The notes: generated by a model not told the origin, from the sequence alone. A stretch of 64,000 nt of DNA from an uncultured Candidatus Saccharibacteria bacterium (GCA_964490395.1 CAZBAS010000001.1:211815-275814), one strand, 5' to 3'. Numbered from the stretch's first letter, positions 8,276-17,773 are shown. Numbers and translations: made by a program.

Positions 8276-8452
8276 ATAAGTAGTATATTAGTTACTTTAT
8301 AAAAAGCAAAACACCCCCAGGGCGGGGGTGTTTTTGCATAACGCCAAAACACGCCTACCGCCAGAGTAGGCTGCGCCACCAAATGTTAGAATGCGTTTTC
8401 AGGTGTTTCATGTGGTTTGAGTATAGTTGACTATTGAGCTGCAGGCAAGTGG
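8276..8452 (-). promoter_or_regulatory. trpS 5' leader with terminator/antiterminator-like alternative hairpins (candidate attenuator or T-box-like)
   Basis: On minus strand: ...tttGGTGGcgcagcc...ggcgtgtttt...aaaaacacccccgccctgggggtgttttgcttttt immediately before the trpS start; ggcgtgtttt can pair with the 5' arm of the terminator. Confidence 0.35.
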
Positions 8453-9637
8453 TTGCAATCAACTACGGCGTGGTATAGTAATGGTATTATGTCAGAAATG
8501 AGACGCGGCACAGACCAAGAACCAGTAAACAATACTAATAAATTAGTCTCCCGGCGTTCCTTCCTAAAAGGTGTGGCAATTGCAGGGGCTGTTACGACGG
8601 CTGAACTCGGTCTGGGGAATGGAACCATTGAGCGAATTTCAAAGCCAGAAAGAAGAACACGCGAACAAGTAATTGATGCGGGAGAGCTCGCTGGTAAACC
8701 GTGCGATCATGAATTATTTCGGTTGTATTTTGGGCTGGAGGGTAAAACAATACCGGAAAAATTTAAGGTGAATTTTGTTTTTCAACTTGCACAGTTGGAT
8801 GCGGCTAAAAATAAATGGGCAAAAAATAATCCAGTCATAAAAGAGTTGGGCGAGCGGCACGTGGAAGAGTATAGCAAGTACGAGTCTGCGCCTTCGAGCA
8901 TAGAAGAGTTTATCGCTGAAGCCGGTAGTAATGAAATAACAAAACAGATAGATTGGGAAGCGCTTGGGGAAGGGCAGGGGTTGGGCGAGTCCGATACATT
9001 GCTGGTGCGCAGACTGGCAGAGGCTGTGAGCGGCCAAGACCTAATGGCGCTTTCTATTACCGAACTTATGCCTTCAAAAAATGCAGAGACAAATGTGCAA
9101 GCCATGGAGCTGCTTTTGCAGCATGCTGGTAAAGAATTTGTATATAGAATACCGGCCATATACGATACCCAGCTTTCATTTGGCCCATATCAATTTACAC
9201 CGTACGCCCTAGGCGAGAGGCGAGGGCAGAAGGTTGGTGCTTCTGTGATAAACCCATATGTACGTGAGGACGCACGGGTAACCGAAGACCTCCGAACACT
9301 GAGTGGGGTAGAGCATCATAAAGTTGCCATACTAAATTTAGTAGAAGATTTTTGTTTACTCGTAAAAAGTCTTCGCGTCGAGCCACGGGACGCAGCAGAG
9401 CTCCTGCAGAAATTGGAAACGATGCTAGAGTCGAGTCCAAAGCAAATAGCAGTCATTGCCGGTGCGGCGCATCATGCCCCCACTCATGCGGTGGAGGCCA
9501 TCAAAACATGGTTTCGGCAGAACATGAAAAAGTCATATGCAGAGTGTTGCGCAAATGAAGACCTAGGCAAGTATGCAGCTCGTATGCAGCGTAGTGTAGA
9601 AGCATTAGACGACTATCTTACACAAAAGCACCTGTAA
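8453..9637 (+). CDS. hypothetical exported protein with twin-arginine-like signal (SRRSFLKGVAIAGAVTTA)
   Basis: RRxFLK motif followed by hydrophobic stretch; no recognised catalytic motif. Confidence 0.45.
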   Translation: MQSTTAWYSNGIMSEMRRGTDQEPVNNTNKLVSRRSFLKGVAIAGAVTTAELGLGNGTIERISKPERRTREQVIDAGELAGKPCDHELFRLYFGLEGKTIPEKFKVNFVFQLAQLDAAKNKWAKNNPVIKELGERHVEEYSKYESAPSSIEEFIAEAGSNEITKQIDWEALGEGQGLGESDTLLVRRLAEAVSGQDLMALSITELMPSKNAETNVQAMELLLQHAGKEFVYRIPAIYDTQLSFGPYQFTPYALGERRGQKVGASVINPYVREDARVTEDLRTLSGVEHHKVAILNLVEDFCLLVKSLRVEPRDAAELLQKLETMLESSPKQIAVIAGAAHHAPTHAVEAIKTWFRQNMKKSYAECCANEDLGKYAARMQRSVEALDDYLTQKHL

Positions 9638-9657
9638 GGGTGCTTTTAATATGTAGT

Positions 9658-11337
9658 CTATACTTCAACAATTACCGGCAAGACCAGTGGCCTCCGATTG
9701 GTTTTTTGAAAAAGATAATCGCCTATGTGGGTGGTTATGTGTTCGCGCATGGTGTGCTTGTCTAACTGTGGGTCGCTGCATAGTTTCTTTACTTCGTGTT
9801 GTACTTCACGAATAATGTGCTCGTTACCTTTTACGTACATGAAACCGCGAGATACTATGGTTGGTTCGGTTACGAGTTTTCCCGTTGCTGTATTAAGGCT
9901 GGCGATAATGGTCACCATGCCTCCTGTGCGCATCTGTTCTTGGTCGTGAATCGTGTTCTGCTCAAGTACTGCATGGCCTATGTCATCTACATACATACGC
10001 TCAGCGGGTGCCACGCCTTTCTCTACTGTTGCGTTTCCGTTTGGGTGGAACACCACGGCATCTCCATTGTACGGAAGGAGTGCGGGTATGCCTAAACTGT
10101 TCGCAATTTTTGCATGAGCAGCAATCATGTGTCGCTCGCCATGTATGGGAATGAGGTGCTTTGGCTTCACCAGTCCCATCATGGTTTTATGCTCCTCCCT
10201 TTTTGCGTGGCCAGAAACGTGTATGTCGAGTGTGCCATTGTACACAACCTCTACGCCTTGCCGTTGCAGGTTCGACACCATACCGTAAAGAGCTGGTTCA
10301 TTTCCGGGGATGGGGTTCGCGGATACGACTGCAGTATCGCCGGGCTTTAGACTAATGCGGGGAAAGTCCCCACGTGCCATACGGGGGAGGCCTGAGCGCT
10401 CCTCGCCCTGTGCACCTGTGGTGAGAATGACCAGTCTGTGGTCTGGGATTTTACTTCGCATTCTACTGTCTATAAGTACATCTGCATCTACTTGCAGGTA
10501 ACCAAGTTGCATAGCAGTTTCAACATTTTGCGATATAGATCTGCCAGCGGTTATAACTTTGCGGTGGTACTTTTTCGCCGTGTCGAATACTCTTTGAATG
10601 CGCGGAAAGAGCTGCGAGTTACAGGTAAATATTATTCTCCCTGCGGCCCCTTGGAATACCGTATCTATGGTTGCGCTCAGTGTTTGTTCGGACGCAGTGT
10701 ACCCGCTACTTCCTGCATTGGTAGAATCGGAAAGCAATGCGAGTACGTTTCCTACTCCTCCCCAGAGTGCTAATTTATCTATTTCTGCTGGTGCTTCGTT
10801 TACGGGCGTCCAGTCAAACTTCCAATCGCCTGTGTGAATAACGCGGCCTAGTGGCGTAGAGATGGATACACCAATGGCGTCGGGTATGTTGTGATTGACT
10901 CGGTAAAATTCCACCGTACATTTTCCGAACTTCAGAACGTCATCTGGATGAATGGTGTGAATGCGTGCCGTGTGTTCAAGTCCGAACTCTTCTAAGCGTC
11001 TCGTAAGCAGGCCTGCAGTAAGCGGCATGGTGTAGATGGGTGGGTTCCCAATGTGAGGAAGTATATACCCTAAAGCACCAATGTGGTCTAAGTGGGCATG
11101 GGTCACCAGGATAGCGCGTATGCGTTCTTTGTGCTGGGTGAGCCAAGTGTAGTTCGGTAACATGTAATGTACAGATGGCATGCTTGGGCCGGGAAAACCA
11201 AAGCCAGCATCGACCACAATAAGGTCCTCGCCATATTCGTATACAGTCATGTTAATGCCAATTTCTTCTACGCCGCCAATGGTAATAATGCGTAATGGGG
11301 TTTCTTTCATATATGCAGACGCACCTAAGCTACGCAT
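9658..11337 (-). CDS. rnj: ribonuclease J (metallo-beta-lactamase/beta-CASP RNase), paralog 1
   Basis: VTHAHLDHIGALGY motif II, beta-CASP region, RNase J C-terminal domain; probable start at MKETPLRIITIGG (11310). Confidence 0.85.
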   Translation of the reverse strand: MRSLGASAYMKETPLRIITIGGVEEIGINMTVYEYGEDLIVVDAGFGFPGPSMPSVHYMLPNYTWLTQHKERIRAILVTHAHLDHIGALGYILPHIGNPPIYTMPLTAGLLTRRLEEFGLEHTARIHTIHPDDVLKFGKCTVEFYRVNHNIPDAIGVSISTPLGRVIHTGDWKFDWTPVNEAPAEIDKLALWGGVGNVLALLSDSTNAGSSGYTASEQTLSATIDTVFQGAAGRIIFTCNSQLFPRIQRVFDTAKKYHRKVITAGRSISQNVETAMQLGYLQVDADVLIDSRMRSKIPDHRLVILTTGAQGEERSGLPRMARGDFPRISLKPGDTAVVSANPIPGNEPALYGMVSNLQRQGVEVVYNGTLDIHVSGHAKREEHKTMMGLVKPKHLIPIHGERHMIAAHAKIANSLGIPALLPYNGDAVVFHPNGNATVEKGVAPAERMYVDDIGHAVLEQNTIHDQEQMRTGGMVTIIASLNTATGKLVTEPTIVSRGFMYVKGNEHIIREVQHEVKKLCSDPQLDKHTMREHITTHIGDYLFQKTNRRPLVLPVIVEV

Positions 11338-11552
11338 GCAAAAAAGCTTTGCATAACTTGGAACGCAATCGAATTAGTTATTAGGAAGGGTTGCTGTAGT
11401 AGTGACTTGTGCAGTCGACCACTGAGAGCGGTGTCGCACGGCATGTGGGCCTGCGAAAAGTATGTTTGATAACACTGTATATGCGTGCTAGCAATCAAAT
11501 AGTAACAACATTGGGTCCCTAATATTTGACTGATAGCAACATGTTTTGGGTG

Positions 11553-11656
11553 TAAGTGACAAAAGTTAAAAAAGTGACAAAAATGACAAAAGTAAAGAGA
11601 TAGCTCCGGAATATTTTTGTCATTTTTATTTATTTTTGTTCACTTTTGTCACTTAC
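11553..11656. repeat. TGACAAAA imperfect palindromic element, copy 1 (upstream of rnj paralog 1)
   Basis: gtaagtgacaaaagttaaaaaagtgacaaaaatgacaaaag ... ttttgtcatttttatttatttttgttcacttttgtcacttac; second copy at 58259-58348. Confidence 0.65.
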
Positions 11657-11680
11657 AGGAGGCACCCTTGGTGCGTATGT

Positions 11681-13576
11681 TTACACTTCTATAACCACTG
11701 GCAAGACCATGGGACGTCTGTTTGTCTTTTCAAATAAGTATTCGCCAATTTGGTCTCGAACGGCTTGGCGAAGGTAGGCATAGTTTGGCTCTACTTTTTC
11801 GCCAGATTTGCTTTCGCAAATTTTGCGCACCTCGTGCTTTACTTCCCTGAGGATGTCTTCGTTGCCCTTCATGTAAATAAAACCACGAGAAATTATATCT
11901 GGTTCGCTTATGAGCTTGCTTGTTTTGCGGTCGAGCGAGACTATGACCACAAACATACCGTCTTGAGACATGACTTGGCGGTCGCGAAGCACTACCTCTC
12001 CGACATCGCCAACTCCAAGACCATCTACATAAATGTAGCCAGCTTGCACTTTGGTGTCGAGGCGCTTTGCCTGACCAGCAGAGTTAAACTCAAGAACTGC
12101 ACCATTGTCTAAGGCAAATGTATTGTCTTCGGGTATACCTACGCTTTGGGCAATTTTGTTGTGCGCGACTAACATATGGTGTTCGCCGTGTATCGGAACA
12201 AAATACCGAGGTTTGGTAAGACCAAACATCATTTTTAGTTCTTCTTGTTGGGCGTGGCCAGATGCGTGAATGTCCAGTGTCTTATTGTAAATTACCTCAG
12301 CGCCTTGGCGGGTAAGATTGTCGAGTACTTCTACAACCGACCGTTCGTTTCCAGGAATAGGGGAAGCAGACACAACTACGGTGTCGCCAAGTTTTATGTG
12401 AATAGTTTTGTGCTCACCGCGAGATATGCGTGCAAGCGCAGAGGATTCTTCTCCCTGAGAGCCTGTAGTCAAAACAACTACTTGGTTCTCGGAGAACTTA
12501 GCCATGTCTTCCGATTTGATGAAAATTTTTGGTTGAATATGTAAATAGCCCATAGACAATGCTATTTCTATGGCATTTACCATGGAGCGGCCGGTAACCA
12601 CTATTTTTCGATTGTGCTTTGCTGCAGCATCGCACACCGATTGGATACGTGAAATAAGCTGGGAGAATGTGGCAAAGAGTATTCTGCCTTTTGCTTCTTG
12701 AAATATGTGATCGATTTTTTTAGAAAGCTCTTGTTCTGAAACGCAGTATCCTGGTTTGAGAGCATTGGTAGAGTCGCTCATAAGGAGCAGTACGCCCTCA
12801 CCACCAAACCGAGCAATTTTTTCGAATTCCGTTGGAAGGCCATCCATAGGAGTATGATCAAATTTCCAATCAGTAGCGTACATAACGTTACCAACAGGAG
12901 TTTTGATGCGAAGACCAATACAGTCCGGAATGTTGTGGTTTAAACGGAAAAAATCAACTGTAAAACAGCCGAGTTGTATGCTGGCGTCTTTGTCTATTGC
13001 ATGCAGTCGTGTGCGAGAAGCTAAGTTAAACTCCTCAAGTCGTTTCTTTATAAGACCAGCCGAAAGCGGCATGGTATAAATAGGCGGGTCACCAAGCTTG
13101 GTGAGCACGTAGGGGATTGCCCCTATGTGATCCAGGTGAGCATGGGTTACAAAGAGCCCGCGAATTTTTTTCTTGTTTTCTTCTAGATAATTAATATCGG
13201 GAATAATATAGTCTACTCCCGGCATGGTTTCATCTGGAAATGCCAAGCCCATGTCAACGATAATAATATCGTCGCCATATTCAAAGACCGTACAGTTTAT
13301 GCCCACTTCTTCTACGCCTCCTAAAGGAATAACGCGAAGGGTAGTGCGGCTTTGCGTGTACTGGCTTGTGGCCGGTGCAAGGCTAGGTTTTGTTAAGGTT
13401 GTGCGATCCATGGGCCTGCTCTGAGCAATCCCAGGGCGACTTGGGTTGGTACTGGGTCGGCTTTGTGCTGAACTAGGGGTGTTGCGGTTAAAATTTCTGC
13501 GAGGGCCGTTTTGGCTGCCTGGCGCCCCCATGGGACGTCGTGGCATAGATCCGGACGGAATATTCTTTCTCATCAT
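11681..13576 (-). CDS. rnj: ribonuclease J paralog 2 with ~90 aa low-complexity N-terminal extension
   Basis: VTHAHLDHIGAIPY, same domain order as paralog 1; N-terminus rich in P/S/R/N/Q. Confidence 0.85.
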   Translation of the reverse strand: MMRKNIPSGSMPRRPMGAPGSQNGPRRNFNRNTPSSAQSRPSTNPSRPGIAQSRPMDRTTLTKPSLAPATSQYTQSRTTLRVIPLGGVEEVGINCTVFEYGDDIIIVDMGLAFPDETMPGVDYIIPDINYLEENKKKIRGLFVTHAHLDHIGAIPYVLTKLGDPPIYTMPLSAGLIKKRLEEFNLASRTRLHAIDKDASIQLGCFTVDFFRLNHNIPDCIGLRIKTPVGNVMYATDWKFDHTPMDGLPTEFEKIARFGGEGVLLLMSDSTNALKPGYCVSEQELSKKIDHIFQEAKGRILFATFSQLISRIQSVCDAAAKHNRKIVVTGRSMVNAIEIALSMGYLHIQPKIFIKSEDMAKFSENQVVVLTTGSQGEESSALARISRGEHKTIHIKLGDTVVVSASPIPGNERSVVEVLDNLTRQGAEVIYNKTLDIHASGHAQQEELKMMFGLTKPRYFVPIHGEHHMLVAHNKIAQSVGIPEDNTFALDNGAVLEFNSAGQAKRLDTKVQAGYIYVDGLGVGDVGEVVLRDRQVMSQDGMFVVIVSLDRKTSKLISEPDIISRGFIYMKGNEDILREVKHEVRKICESKSGEKVEPNYAYLRQAVRDQIGEYLFEKTNRRPMVLPVVIEV

Positions 13577-14107
13577 GTGAAGGTAGGGTAGTGGTCGGTT
13601 CTTGTATCTAGTTCTGACTGCTTCGTCAAAAATACATGTTCACGAGTTTCAGCAGACGCAAGAAACCGACGTACCTATTACTTATGGTTCCTACAAATTA
13701 CGAATGATTACAGATATACAAACAGTACTGTAGTAAAGTCTGTATTTCGTTGATGCCTATAAGTAATCGTGTGTATCGTAACGACAGGAAGACTTACCAA
13801 TACAGTATGCGTATATCTGTATGTATCTGTAATCTGTAGGCTCTATTGTTATCGTGCATTACAAACCAAAGGTTTGCTTTTTATGTAGATCTATCTGTGC
13901 GTGGCGTATTCGGCCGCCGCGATAGGTAATGTCCTGTCTCTAAAAAGAGGCCGGGCACAATTAACAAATCAAAAATAAAAAAGACTTTTTTAGAACTGAT
14001 TTGCCAACTGTTAGAAGTTGTTTTGATTTCTCACGAATTCAACGTACAAGCATTATAGCGCACCCCAACTTATTTGTCAAACAAAGATGGCTAAAAATGG
14101 CTTATGT

Positions 14108-14210
14108 ATAGGGAATAATGAATTACGAATTAAGAATTATGAATCGGAATCAAACACTCGATTTTATCTTGTGCATGATTCATTATTCTATATTCTTAAT
14201 TCTATTTCTG
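14108..14210. repeat. AT-rich inverted-repeat element (gaattacgaattaagaattatgaatc ... gattcattattctatattcttaattc)
   Basis: Arms are reverse complements; same family as 4695-4806. Confidence 0.55.
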
Positions 14211-14253
14211 GTGCCTAGGAGAGGACTCGAGCCTCCACGGGATTGCTCCCACC
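14209..14253 (-). pseudogene. tRNA 3' fragment (variable arm + T-arm + acceptor 3' strand + CCA) lacking a 5' half
   Basis: Minus strand tgggagcaatcccgtggaggctcgagtcctctcctaggcacca; variable arm identical to the adjacent tRNA-Leu; no matching 5' acceptor strand. Confidence 0.3.
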
Positions 14254-14285
14254 CCGATATTGTATCGGAACGTGTTGTGTATAAA

Positions 14286-14372
14286 TGGTGGGCGTAGAGA
14301 GACTCGAACTCTCACGGGATTGCTCCCATACGCACCTGAAGCGTACGTGTATACCAATTCCACCATACGCCC
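14286..14372 (-). tRNA. tRNA-Leu (anticodon CAG), long variable arm, CCA encoded
   Basis: gggcgtatggtggaattggtatacacgtacgcttCAGgtgcgtatgggagcaatcccgtgagagttcgagtctctctacgcccacca; acceptor gggcgta/tacgccc pairs; close to E. coli leuU-type pattern. Confidence 0.75.
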
Positions 14373-14440
14373 ATCATTTATACGCTACGTGCCAGCTTGC
14401 CCTGCGTGGTATGTGGGGCCACCACTGGGGCACAGGATGT

Positions 14441-14472
14441 GAATCAAGAATTATGAATTACGAATCTTGCAG
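14441..14472. repeat. AT-rich repeat unit (tgaatcaagaattatgaattacgaatcttg)
   Basis: Same family as 4695-4806 and 14108-14210; flanks the tRNA-Leu locus. Confidence 0.5.
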
Positions 14473-14579
14473 TCCGGCTCTTGATTAAGCAATTATACCG
14501 GAGCCATAACATCCTGCCAAGTGTTTTAGCCTTTTGATTGCTTGACTCTTGATTCTTACTTCTTGATTCTGCGCTGCGC

Positions 14580-16274
14580 TTACTTCCACTTCCTCGTAGT
14601 ACGGATGTAAAACCGCGAGGCTTCTGCAAGACGCCAGCTGGGGTCCACCAGGGCAGTAAGTTCATTGCTTTGTATATCGCTGCTTAAAATGTAGGTATAT
14701 AGCGACTGGTTTATGTAAATAGCGGGGACGGTAGTATTTAGTATGTCCGCGAGTTTTGTGTACTGACCTTGACGCTCTGCTGTGTTGGTTGAACTACGCG
14801 CGTTTGTAATAAGGCTATCTACTTCGCCGGAAGTGAAGTTGGATACATTTAGACCAGGGTCTTTGGTTTGGCTAGAGTGCCAGAACGCAAATGGGTCGGG
14901 GTCCGCACCAGTGCGCTGAGAGAATAGGAGCGCGTCGTATTTGCGGGGTCGTACGTAATCGCTTATAAGCGCTGTTGTGGGAACGGATTGAACCTGTACT
15001 GCAACACCCAGGCCTTGCCAGGTCTGTGCAAGGAGCTGGCTTGCTACTACAAAGCTTGCGGTGTCGCTGGTAAGTAGCTTTATGCTTAAGGTGACTGCGC
15101 CTTTGCTTCGAATACCGTTTGCTTGTTTGACCCATCCCGCCTTATCCAAAAGCGCATTTGCTTCTGAGCTGTTTATAGAAGAAAGGATTGGCTCACTGGT
15201 TACGAGGCCGAGCGGGGGAGCAGTAATGGCTCGTGCGCGTTTTCCCCATGCAGCATCGGTGAGGGCCTTGCTGTCTACCACCAGCGCGAGCGCTTTTCGC
15301 ACTTCAACTTCGCTCAGTCCTGGGCTCTTGGTGTTGAGAAACACCGCTTGGTACTGAGGCAGAGCAACGCGGAACGTGCGGACATTGGGCCCGGTAGGCT
15401 CAGATGCAACATCGTTTGTTGCAAGGCCCATGCTGGATATTTCCTGCGCTGCATATCCTTGGCGCATATCGTCTACATTTGTATAAAACACCAACGTAAT
15501 ACCGTCAAGTCGTGAACGCAGCGGGTGGCCGGCGTAGCTCGCAAGGGCCATGCGCTTGGTACTGCCGTCTGGGTTTTTTTCTATCTGCCGTATAGCAAAG
15601 GGGCCGCTGCCCAAGGGTTGCAGGTTGAGCGGGCTACTGGCGTAACTTTCCGAAGACACGTTTTTCCACGCGTGTTCAGGAAGGAGTGGGACCGTAAGAT
15701 TTTGAATAAATGGTCCGCTTACATCTTTAGTTACAAATACCACGGTAAGCGGGTCTAGTTTTTGCACGCTCGTTGAGAGCCAAAGGTTTCTGAGTGGGCT
15801 TTGGACATTCTCGTCTTGAATTTTTGAAATAGTGAACAGAACATCGTCTGCCGTAAGGGGCTTGCCATCGTGCCAGGTAAGGTTTGGTCGCAAGTGGACG
15901 GTATAGTGTTTTTCGTCATTGCCTACTTCTGGCATTGCTGTAGCAAGCTCGGGTTCTATATTCCCTGCAGTGTCATAGCGATACAAACCACTGAATACAG
16001 CATGCACTATGGTTTCATCGGTTTGCGTGGTGGCAAGTATGGGATTGATAAAATGTGGCTGTCCTACCAGACCTTCCACGAGTTGGCCGCCGTCTGCGGG
16101 TACTTCAGTAGTGTGGTGAACGTAAAAAATATTCCAGTCCCAGTAAATGCCTATGACCGTTACCACTACCAACACTGCTACCAGCCATTTTTCCCAGGCA
16201 GCTAGTAATGAAAAAACTTTCCGCAAAGCGGAAAGGTTTAGGCTCGGTTTAGTTTTTATGCTATCTGTAGTCAC
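14580..16274 (-). CDS. ABC transporter substrate-binding protein, family 5 (oligopeptide/dipeptide/nickel OppA/DppA-like), membrane-anchored
   Basis: N-terminal TM anchor; LTWHDGKPLTADDV and GSGPF motifs typical of SBP family 5; no permease/ATPase genes adjacent. Confidence 0.7.
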   Translation of the reverse strand: MTTDSIKTKPSLNLSALRKVFSLLAAWEKWLVAVLVVVTVIGIYWDWNIFYVHHTTEVPADGGQLVEGLVGQPHFINPILATTQTDETIVHAVFSGLYRYDTAGNIEPELATAMPEVGNDEKHYTVHLRPNLTWHDGKPLTADDVLFTISKIQDENVQSPLRNLWLSTSVQKLDPLTVVFVTKDVSGPFIQNLTVPLLPEHAWKNVSSESYASSPLNLQPLGSGPFAIRQIEKNPDGSTKRMALASYAGHPLRSRLDGITLVFYTNVDDMRQGYAAQEISSMGLATNDVASEPTGPNVRTFRVALPQYQAVFLNTKSPGLSEVEVRKALALVVDSKALTDAAWGKRARAITAPPLGLVTSEPILSSINSSEANALLDKAGWVKQANGIRSKGAVTLSIKLLTSDTASFVVASQLLAQTWQGLGVAVQVQSVPTTALISDYVRPRKYDALLFSQRTGADPDPFAFWHSSQTKDPGLNVSNFTSGEVDSLITNARSSTNTAERQGQYTKLADILNTTVPAIYINQSLYTYILSSDIQSNELTALVDPSWRLAEASRFYIRTTRKWK

Positions 16275-16322
16275 AAAATTGGTGCTCCGTGAGAAGTACG
16301 AGTGGAGGAGCGAATAATAGTG

Positions 16323-16556
16323 CTATCGAGTTGCGAGAATAAGACTTGTTATGCTGAGGCCAGCAAAAATGATAGAGGCGGCAATGGTTGCATAGAACAA
16401 CCACTTTTCAAACCCGCGGCGAGTTGCTACTACACCACCGCTACCACCGAATACAGTAGAAAGACCCTGGGAGCGGTTTTGAAGAGTAATAAAGATAATA
16501 ATGAGAACCATTACTATAATGTTGGCAAGTTGGAGTATTTGAGGAAGGAGTTTCAT
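16323..16556 (-). CDS. secG: preprotein translocase subunit SecG
   Basis: 77 aa, two TM helices separated by Gly-rich loop (VFGGSGG), LQNRSQGLS motif. Confidence 0.65.
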   Translation of the reverse strand: MKLLPQILQLANIIVMVLIIIFITLQNRSQGLSTVFGGSGGVVATRRGFEKWLFYATIAASIIFAGLSITSLILATR

Positions 16557-16799
16557 AAGTGTGAAATAGAAAATGTATTGATGTTATAGTCCTGTATCTG
16601 TAGGTATCCGTAGATTCGGATAAATTTGTATATCAGGATTATAAATTGCCTCTTAAGAATACGAAAAATAGGGTCATTGGTCAACTTAGAAAGCTTAGCT
16701 GTTGCCCACGGATTTGTAGTTTGGGAGTCTGGTGCACTTTTATTGTAGCAAAATACTATATTTATGCTTTATGTAAGCCACATATCAAAATGATATATA

Positions 16800-16828
16800 T
16801 TGACATATAACAATAGATATTGTATAAT
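16800..16828 (+). promoter_or_regulatory. consensus sigma70 promoter TTGACA-17-TATAAT
   Basis: ttgacatataacaatagatattgtataat, ~155 nt upstream of the 16984 ORF (long 5' UTR). Confidence 0.45.
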
Positions 16829-16983
16829 AATTGGAATGTAAAATGATGTTTGAGCGTGGGAAATGAGGTGGAAATTCTTCCTTATTTCCTACCCCCAAAA
16901 TCTTCAAGCAGGCTAGAAAAAGGTGGTGGTAGGCCTTAACTCTAGCTTTCACTAAAACAACAACCAAATATAGGAGAAACCAG

Positions 16984-17562
16984 ATGAAATCTAACTGTCC
17001 GTACATCCGTTCTACAATCTTCGTGCTTGGCATTGCGCTGATCGCGCTCACAGCAAACAGCGCTTTCGCGCAAGCTACCAATCCATGGGATCTTTTGGGT
17101 ATTGCACAGCAGGAACTCAATCCCTCCCAAACAGCTTTTGTTGGGGTAGGTCAGCAAACCAAAGTTTTTGTTAGCAACGCAGCGACCGATCGTATGGCCC
17201 GGTGGAAGATTGTTAACGATAAGAAACAGGGGTTAAAAATTAGTAAGATGGCGAATCCAGACTTGCCAGATCTGGTTCCCTTTCTTTCCTCTGATGCGAA
17301 AGACCCCAATACCGAAGTGTACGTTGTCTCCTATGAAAATAATGAAGACGCTACCCTCGGTGCGGTTCCCGAAATCCGCGTTGTGGCGTTTCGAAAATCA
17401 GGGGGTGTAGCCCAAACGCGGATCTTCCAGCAGGGGAATGCATACACTTACCAAGCCCTTCCTTTCCAGAAGAAGCCCAGTTTCTTCAAAAAGGCGCTAG
17501 ATAAAACCAAAGAAGGGGCTGTCAAAGCGAAAGAAAAAGCTGAAAAGATCCGCAAGCCCTAG
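16984..17562 (+). CDS. hypothetical secreted protein (signal peptide, Lys-rich C-terminus)
   Basis: Signal peptide MKSNCPYIRSTIFVLGIALIALTANSAFAQA; no recognisable domain. Confidence 0.45.
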   Translation: MKSNCPYIRSTIFVLGIALIALTANSAFAQATNPWDLLGIAQQELNPSQTAFVGVGQQTKVFVSNAATDRMARWKIVNDKKQGLKISKMANPDLPDLVPFLSSDAKDPNTEVYVVSYENNEDATLGAVPEIRVVAFRKSGGVAQTRIFQQGNAYTYQALPFQKKPSFFKKALDKTKEGAVKAKEKAEKIRKP

Positions 17563-17701
17563 ATCCTGTTAGGGTCCCAGTCGGGCATCATCGACAAATA
17601 ATAATCAAGCAGAGAGGGGAAATGCAAACGGGTGTGGCCCGTGAGCAATGGACTGGTTACAATGTGCCTGCGGCAATATAACCAGTCTGTTTTTATTTCT
17701 G

Positions 17702-17730
17702 TTGACAAATATTTTAAATAGTTTATACTT
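17702..17730 (+). promoter_or_regulatory. sigma70-like promoter (TTGACA-16-TATACT)
   Basis: ttgacaaatattttaaatagtttatactt upstream of the structured element and YerC-like gene. Confidence 0.4.
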
Positions 17731-17773
17731 TATCTTACTAAAGTGCTTTACTTAGATAAAGTAACAATATTCC

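Noticed and set aside
14260-14488. Two plus-strand ORFs of 60-67 aa overlapping the tRNA-Leu locus
   Set aside because: They overlap a well-formed tRNA-Leu(CAG) on the other strand and have no RBS. They are spurious.
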